Below, piece after piece: positions 58,743 through 64,000 of a stretch of DNA of 64,000 bases. The notes under the pieces are model-generated. The model did not search any database and was not told the origin of the DNA. It was given only the letters and a program-made list of their open reading frames with translations. Every line of letters begins with the position of its first letter. Position 1 is the stretch's first letter. Both the position numbers and the translations under genes were made by a program. Where the stretch lies: positions 32,001 to 96,000 of IMG/VR virus record IMGVR_UViG_3300042940_001100. One strand, 5' to 3'. This DNA is from a virus.

Positions 58743-59905
58743 AGATCTGTTAGTACTGATACACCCATTGGATCAGGTGCCGGCATTTGTACTGCAACCG
58801 GTTGTTGTACTTGTTGTGCTGCTTCTTCAGCATCTGTCTCTGCTACTTCCTTCTGGATCTCTTCTACAGGAGCTATATCAGTAAATACAAAATATTCTGT
58901 ACTACCCTCTATATTATCCTTGATAACTTTTTTTGCTTCCTTCATCAGTATAGCTAGGTTAGAACTATTAAGTAATCTTTTATCCTTAAGCTTATCAATC
59001 ATATCATCTATGCTTATACTACGTCTAACTTGCAAATCAAAGAAATTAAGATAACTCTTGAAGTTAACATGTGATTTAGTATCTGAATTGTAAATCTCAT
59101 TCTGATGATGATAAAATACCATTAGTAAATACACTGCTGATTTCTCATAATCACAATTAGCCATAGCTTCCATAGCAACTTTATGATCATTATTATCACT
59201 ACTTTCAAAAAGATTCATGATTCCATCATACATTTCTTTATCTACTACACTACCTTCATTAAGTAGAGCTAATAGCGCATCAGAGTGATAAACATCTTTT
59301 CCTACCAAAGCATCCATAGCTTGTTGTTGCTCAACATTAGCTATAAAGAATACTATAGAACGATTTTCACAATTAACTAAGCTATCATCCTCATCATCAT
59401 CTAAATTATCTTTCTGTACAATATCAAGTCTATAGTTATTAAGACCTCTATCTTTAAAACCATAGTAGTCTTCTAAGTATATCACATCCTCTTGAGAGTT
59501 TGTTAGATCGGTTATTAGCTGAATATATCTTTTGTCACCTACTCTTGTAGCTTTTTTTACATAATCAAGAAAATAACTTCTATGCATTAGATGAGCATAA
59601 TTATCTGTTGAATAATATGCATTGTTTCTGTTAGCAGAATCTGGATCCATGAAAAATACATTAGCTGTTTCCTTAGCTTTTGCTATGGATAATTTATGTT
59701 TTTCACAAAAACTCTTTAGTTTAAATCTTGGAATATTACTATCCGGATAGATGAAGATGCGATCTCCAGCTGTTGGCATGTACTTTCTTGGTAATCCTTT
59801 TAAAGGACTGTTCTCAAATATTTCTATATGAGCATAATCAATTGTATTTTCTGGTTTATGTAGTTTATCAATCATTATGATTGTTCTACCCTCCGGTTTC
59901 TTCAT
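58739..59905 (-). CDS. Hypothetical protein carrying the shared D...Y...SSD...H.VA domain
   Basis: 388 aa; contains VVDKEMYDGIMNLFESSDNNDHKVAMEAMANCDYEKS. Confidence 0.65.
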   Translation of the reverse strand: MKKPEGRTIIMIDKLHKPENTIDYAHIEIFENSPLKGLPRKYMPTAGDRIFIYPDSNIPRFKLKSFCEKHKLSIAKAKETANVFFMDPDSANRNNAYYSTDNYAHLMHRSYFLDYVKKATRVGDKRYIQLITDLTNSQEDVIYLEDYYGFKDRGLNNYRLDIVQKDNLDDDEDDSLVNCENRSIVFFIANVEQQQAMDALVGKDVYHSDALLALLNEGSVVDKEMYDGIMNLFESSDNNDHKVAMEAMANCDYEKSAVYLLMVFYHHQNEIYNSDTKSHVNFKSYLNFFDLQVRRSISIDDMIDKLKDKRLLNSSNLAILMKEAKKVIKDNIEGSTEYFVFTDIAPVEEIQKEVAETDAEEAAQQVQQPVAVQMPAPDPMGVSVLTDL

Positions 59906-60395
59906 AATTTTTTATTGTTGTTTTTGTTAATGGAAGATGTTCATACTTATTCTTAATTTTAAAATCTACATTATAAAATGTATTATTAAATCTTTTAGAC
60001 ACTGTTTCTATAATATCATCTTCTAGTTTCATATAAATCTCAGAGGTTAACCAACCTTTAGTATTACAGAATTCAGCAAAGTGTAAAGGAGTCATATTAC
60101 ACACAGAAAATAAAGTACTAAGATCTCTGAAAGATCTGCTAGCTTTTGTTCTTAGATTAACCATATTATTTGTTTTCCACCCAAGTTCTCTGGTCATTTT
60201 CCATAGCCAATAAATAGATTTTTGAATATCACAGGTGTTAAGAATCAGTTGGGCCATCTTGTGATTACCCTCATCATTACTTTTAAGCATACCTAATAAG
60301 GTATTATATGTTTCTTCATCCAATACCGGAGTAGACCCCCCATCTTTCAGGGGAGTTGCTACTACTGGTACATATTTTTCTATTACTTCTTCCAT
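59886..60395 (-). CDS. Hypothetical protein, paralogue sharing the same domain
   Basis: 169 aa; contains VLDEETYNTLLGMLKSNDEGNHKMAQLILNTCDIQKS. Confidence 0.65.
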   Translation of the reverse strand: MEEVIEKYVPVVATPLKDGGSTPVLDEETYNTLLGMLKSNDEGNHKMAQLILNTCDIQKSIYWLWKMTRELGWKTNNMVNLRTKASRSFRDLSTLFSVCNMTPLHFAEFCNTKGWLTSEIYMKLEDDIIETVSKRFNNTFYNVDFKIKNKYEHLPLTKTTIKNYEETGG

Positions 60396-61579
60396 TATTT
60401 CATGGCTATCTTAACCACATCGGCATTAAGCATAAGCTTTTGAAACTTTTGCTTATTTGCATTGATGATCTTCTTAATAATGATATATTTCAAATCATTA
60501 GTAAATAAATCATCTGTAGCAAATCTGATTAAGCGGTCTGTTACTTTTTGTGTAATTGTGTTATCTTCTGCATAGTTTATAGTAAAATTGATTAACCTTT
60601 GGGCTAACACACTTGCTATATCTGCGCGATACTGAGGTCCGGCACCAATACAAGATCTGATTTCTCCAATAATATATGGTTCATTATCATGAAGTAACAT
60701 ATCTTTAGGAGTAACCATTTTATCCAACTTGTTATGAATAAATGTAGTAAACATAGTAGTAAAATCACCACTAGTAGTACCTTCACCTAACTGCTGAATC
60801 AAACCTAATTGAGCCATAAAATCAGGAATAGACATTAAACTATTGAAGAACATAGTTACAGTTCTTGCATTAAGTTCTGTATTCTTTTCCATAAGTTCAG
60901 GATGTAATAACAAGAAGTTAATACATCTGCCATCAATACCGGTCTTCTCTGCATATCTTGCCCACACAGAAACATCAAACTTATAACTTACATTGATTAC
61001 ACGAGTCTTTTGAGCATTGTCTAATGCTGTTACACTATATACTCCGTTATCAGGATTAGAAGTTAGAAGTATCATTGATCCTTCTGGTAATCTCCAGTTG
61101 TTGTAAGTTTGATTCTCTATTAAAGTCATAGTAGCTTGAACAAACTTCTCAGAAGCTCTGCTATAATCATCTAATAAAAGAATGATAGGTCCTGTTGCTG
61201 ATTGTACCCATTCTGGAGCAGCATGAGTCATGCGTTTCTCATTAGTTGGTTTATAACCTGCTGTGATATACTGAGGCATAATACCTTCTACTACCCATTT
61301 CTTTGTTTCGCCATCTTTGGCAATCATTTCATGTTCTTTACACGGATAACCTACTAAATCAGAAACATCTTCTAACTCAGCTAAATTTTTCCTTACTAAA
61401 GCCATACCCATTTCATTGGCAAGCTGTAATATAGTTGAAGTCTTTCCTCCACCTGCTTCACCTTCTACATTAACAGTCTGAGCTGGTAGCTTCTTACTGA
61501 TTAATAATTGATTATTCTTGTGGATATAGGTTAAAAATTCTTTTAACTCTTCTGCATTTAATGCTATTTGTGCTGACAT
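60395..61579 (-). CDS. MoxR-like AAA+ ATPase
   Basis: Walker A GEAGGGKTS, Walker B ILLLDDYSRA, LTSNP, LDNAQKTR (Arg finger); adjacent to a VWA gene. Confidence 0.85.
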   Translation of the reverse strand: MSAQIALNAEELKEFLTYIHKNNQLLISKKLPAQTVNVEGEAGGGKTSTILQLANEMGMALVRKNLAELEDVSDLVGYPCKEHEMIAKDGETKKWVVEGIMPQYITAGYKPTNEKRMTHAAPEWVQSATGPIILLLDDYSRASEKFVQATMTLIENQTYNNWRLPEGSMILLTSNPDNGVYSVTALDNAQKTRVINVSYKFDVSVWARYAEKTGIDGRCINFLLLHPELMEKNTELNARTVTMFFNSLMSIPDFMAQLGLIQQLGEGTTSGDFTTMFTTFIHNKLDKMVTPKDMLLHDNEPYIIGEIRSCIGAGPQYRADIASVLAQRLINFTINYAEDNTITQKVTDRLIRFATDDLFTNDLKYIIIKKIINANKQKFQKLMLNADVVKIAMK

Positions 61580-61582
61580 AAT

Positions 61583-62833
61583 TTAATTTAATTTGATTAC
61601 TAGACCTTGTAGATCATTATTAATACTTGATTGAGATGACATTACCCATAATACAGGGCCTCGGCATTTGTCTGGAGCCGGTGCTTCACCATCTGTAAGA
61701 AAGATTAAGCAATTATACTTTCTGAAATTTGCATCATAATAGTCTGTAACAGGTGTAAAGCTAGTTCCACCTCTACCATGAATTTCAAGATCCTTCTTAG
61801 GATCAAATCTCTCCATGTGATGGATAGCGCTGTCACACTGTATAACCATGATCTCAGTTCCGGTTCTATGAATATGATTCATCTCACCTAAGAACTCTTT
61901 AAGCTCATTGGTACTTACTGAACCTGAGGTATCAATTGCTACTAAGATCTTTCTACGCGTCTTGTGTTTTAAGCCTGGGTTCTCCTGAAATCTGAAGTTA
62001 GGCTTGGACCGGGACATCTTTGTGAAGGTTTTGGTACTACCTCCTACAAACCGTCTTAGGTAACCTCTCCAGTTGAACTTAGGTTCTTCAACAATAGCAA
62101 TCCTTTTAATGATCTCTGCCATCTCTCCAGGAACTGTTCCACGGCTCTTTGTAACTTGATCTGCTACTTCCGATAGGATATGCCCTGTCTGAGTCCTAAT
62201 TAGCTTCTTAGTGGCTTCATCAAGATCATCAAACTCACCCCAAGTACTGTGATCTGGAAGTTGTACTTCTATCTCACCACCACCTTTGGCTCTGATTTTT
62301 ACCATTTGTCCTCCACCAGGTTGATCACCTTCTCCAGGCATAGGAATACCAACAGCACCTGCAGCAAGCATAGCATTAAGATTTGGACAATTTCCTGCTT
62401 GCTTACCCTGCATTAATTTGTCATAATAATACTGAGTACCCTTCTTTGCTTCAAGCTTTAGTTCTGGATATGATTCCGGAAGTTGTGGACCTGGAGGTAG
62501 GAAATCCTTATCTATATACTGATTGATCTCAATGTCCATTGCTATATTAGCAATTTCTTTATCTGTAAGATGATCATAATCTGTAATATGGAAAAAGGCA
62601 ATATGTAGAAGCTCATGCTTCAATAAACCTATGTGTTGGTTAGTGTTTAGCTTATTCCAAAAGTTTTCATTTATGTAAAGCTGATAGTTAATACCCTGTC
62701 TACTTACACCTGCTGTTGGTACAGCTTGATTATTCCATTGCTTGTTAAGCATAATTAGGAATAGTCCATAGAAGGGCTCCTTTAACATCAGATCTTTACT
62801 GGCTTTGGCCAATTCATCTGTTTTGTTATTCAT
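61583..62833 (-). CDS. Metallopeptidase-like (HExxH) + VWA domain protein (DUF2201 type)
   Basis: VPTAGV, HELLH, NIAMDIEINQ; MIDAS VAIDTSGS, GRGGTSF, FLTDG. Confidence 0.85.
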   Translation of the reverse strand: MNNKTDELAKASKDLMLKEPFYGLFLIMLNKQWNNQAVPTAGVSRQGINYQLYINENFWNKLNTNQHIGLLKHELLHIAFFHITDYDHLTDKEIANIAMDIEINQYIDKDFLPPGPQLPESYPELKLEAKKGTQYYYDKLMQGKQAGNCPNLNAMLAAGAVGIPMPGEGDQPGGGQMVKIRAKGGGEIEVQLPDHSTWGEFDDLDEATKKLIRTQTGHILSEVADQVTKSRGTVPGEMAEIIKRIAIVEEPKFNWRGYLRRFVGGSTKTFTKMSRSKPNFRFQENPGLKHKTRRKILVAIDTSGSVSTNELKEFLGEMNHIHRTGTEIMVIQCDSAIHHMERFDPKKDLEIHGRGGTSFTPVTDYYDANFRKYNCLIFLTDGEAPAPDKCRGPVLWVMSSQSSINNDLQGLVIKLN

Positions 62834-63251
62834 AATCTTTAAGTTTTACTTTGATTTCAATACTTTCAACAAAATCCATTCCTGCAATGGTACTCTTTAA
62901 AAACTCAACATATCTTGCAGTAAAGAATTTTTTGTTCTCATCTTTATATGCAGTTTCATTACCTAAAGCCCTATAAATATCAGAAATTTTTATGTGATAT
63001 CCAACAGGAATGCCTAGATTTTCTTGATATTTTAAGTGAGTATTGCATTGCTGAATCCAATTAAGAATATCACATTTTGTATTTTTTCTGAGAAAAGCAA
63101 TTGCAGCAAAGTTTCTTTGTTTATCTAATGTTTTAATACAACTAAGAGCTACTTGAACATCTTCAGGTGATGAATTCAACATTTCTTTTAAATTCTTATA
63201 GCTTGCTTCATCAATTACTAGTCTTGTATCGGTAGTGTCTTTAGCATCCAT
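62826..63251 (-). CDS. Hypothetical protein, third paralogue of the shared domain
   Basis: 141 aa; contains VIDEASYKNLKEMLNSSPEDVQVALSCIKTLD. Confidence 0.6.
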   Translation of the reverse strand: MDAKDTTDTRLVIDEASYKNLKEMLNSSPEDVQVALSCIKTLDKQRNFAAIAFLRKNTKCDILNWIQQCNTHLKYQENLGIPVGYHIKISDIYRALGNETAYKDENKKFFTARYVEFLKSTIAGMDFVESIEIKVKLKDYE

Positions 63252-63565
63252 AGTGGTGTTTTTTTCTCTGTTATGTTATCCAGCCATTCTTTGGCTGATG
63301 GGATGTGATTATTACAATCTTCTTTTACGTGTTGTTCTCCTACATATCTTACATAGACCTTTTTACCGTCCTTATTGAAAAAATGTTTACCAAATACTCT
63401 TTCACACTCAAATATTCCTTCTGAGTGATGGCGGAATACTCTATGTATAGAATGTCCTACCCAAGCTTTAGTAGCATCAAACCATTCATGTATTGGTAAA
63501 TAGTCTTCTTCTACGCCACCCCACTTCTTAACTGAGGATTTAGCATGTTCTGATGGATGTGCCAT
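63218..63565 (-). CDS. His-rich conserved phage protein (DUF6915-like)
   Basis: MAHP..HAKSSVKKWGG..EDYL.IH.WFD.TK...HR..RHHSEG...EQHV.ED. Start at MAHP (63565) preferred. Confidence 0.65.
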   Translation of the reverse strand: MAHPSEHAKSSVKKWGGVEEDYLPIHEWFDATKAWVGHSIHRVFRHHSEGIFECERVFGKHFFNKDGKKVYVRYVGEQHVKEDCNNHIPSAKEWLDNITEKKTPLWMLKTLPIQD

Positions 63566-63566
63566 A

Positions 63567-63989
63567 TTAATCTCCAAGAGTACCTTCTACATCAGTATGT
63601 ACTGATTCTGTTACATTAACATAATGATCACCTTTATATTTATAATCTTCTGTAGAAATAAATATAACGCCACCACCACCATCATTGTTATACCAGTCAT
63701 CTGCATTATCTGCTATACTGTATATTTTATCTTGTAATAATTCAAATAGATCATTTTCTATATCAGCTAGTACAGCATCTTCTTCAAGTTGTGGAAGGTC
63801 ATCCTTATTTTCTTCAATAACACCGCCTCTTTCTACTAGATACATTTCATCTATAGCACCACTATCACCACTACCGCTATATCTTGCATATATATGAGAG
63901 TATCCTTGACTAGCAAGATTAAATAGTACATGTGTAAAACCGCTATCTAAAGGGATTGTACAGCTTATTTCTTTTTTTTCTTCACTCAT
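63567..63989 (-). CDS. Acidic conserved protein (DUF6878-like)
   Basis: YSGSGDSGAID...DWYNNDGGGG motifs. Confidence 0.6.
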   Translation of the reverse strand: MSEEKKEISCTIPLDSGFTHVLFNLASQGYSHIYARYSGSGDSGAIDEMYLVERGGVIEENKDDLPQLEEDAVLADIENDLFELLQDKIYSIADNADDWYNNDGGGGVIFISTEDYKYKGDHYVNVTESVHTDVEGTLGD

Positions 63990-64000
63990 TTTTCTTCTGT

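Noticed and set aside
1-64000. Stop-codon reassignment (TAG or TGA), known in some crAss-like phages
   Set aside because: Genes up to 4307 codons are intact in the standard code, and TAG ends genes at normal boundaries (3359, 7527).
1-64000. CRISPR array, tRNA, rRNA or diversity-generating retroelement
   Set aside because: The window is almost fully coding; no regularly spaced DNA repeats, cloverleafs, reverse transcriptase or TR/VR pairs were seen.

Overview
The whole window is an AT-rich segment of a crAss-like (Crassvirales-type) dsDNA phage, most likely infecting Bacteroidota (TTTG/TTG-N19-20-TAnnTTTG promoters, AT-rich translation starts without obvious SD motifs), read in the standard genetic code. 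The + strand (1-51452) is the virion module. It holds four unusually Cys-rich surface or fibre proteins, an IHF/HU-like protein, two ring/tail-tube proteins, a 1798-aa tail stabilisation (muzzle) protein, several cargo proteins punctuated by a recurrent di-glycine motif, and four giant ejected proteins. One of these is a 4307-aa virion RNA polymerase (DFDVD motif) with a zincin protease and a C-terminal string of ASCH-, SLOG- and AlkB-like domains. A bidirectional terminator separates this from the - strand replication/early module (51494-63989): MazG-like NTP-PPase, DUF945-like protein, HNH, a family-B DNA polymerase split by a GIY-YIG endonuclease, a PD-(D/E)xK exonuclease, and a MoxR AAA+/VWA-peptidase locus flanked by three paralogues sharing a ~45-aa domain. 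The most notable observations are: (1) head-to-tail terminal cysteines in otherwise Cys-free giant ejected proteins; (2) GG-motif-delimited polyprotein-like cargo proteins; (3) TQP-linker-delimited enzyme cassettes on the RNAP; (4) the fractured PolB; (5) the MoxR/VWA paralogue system. All family assignments come from motif recognition by eye; no database search was run.
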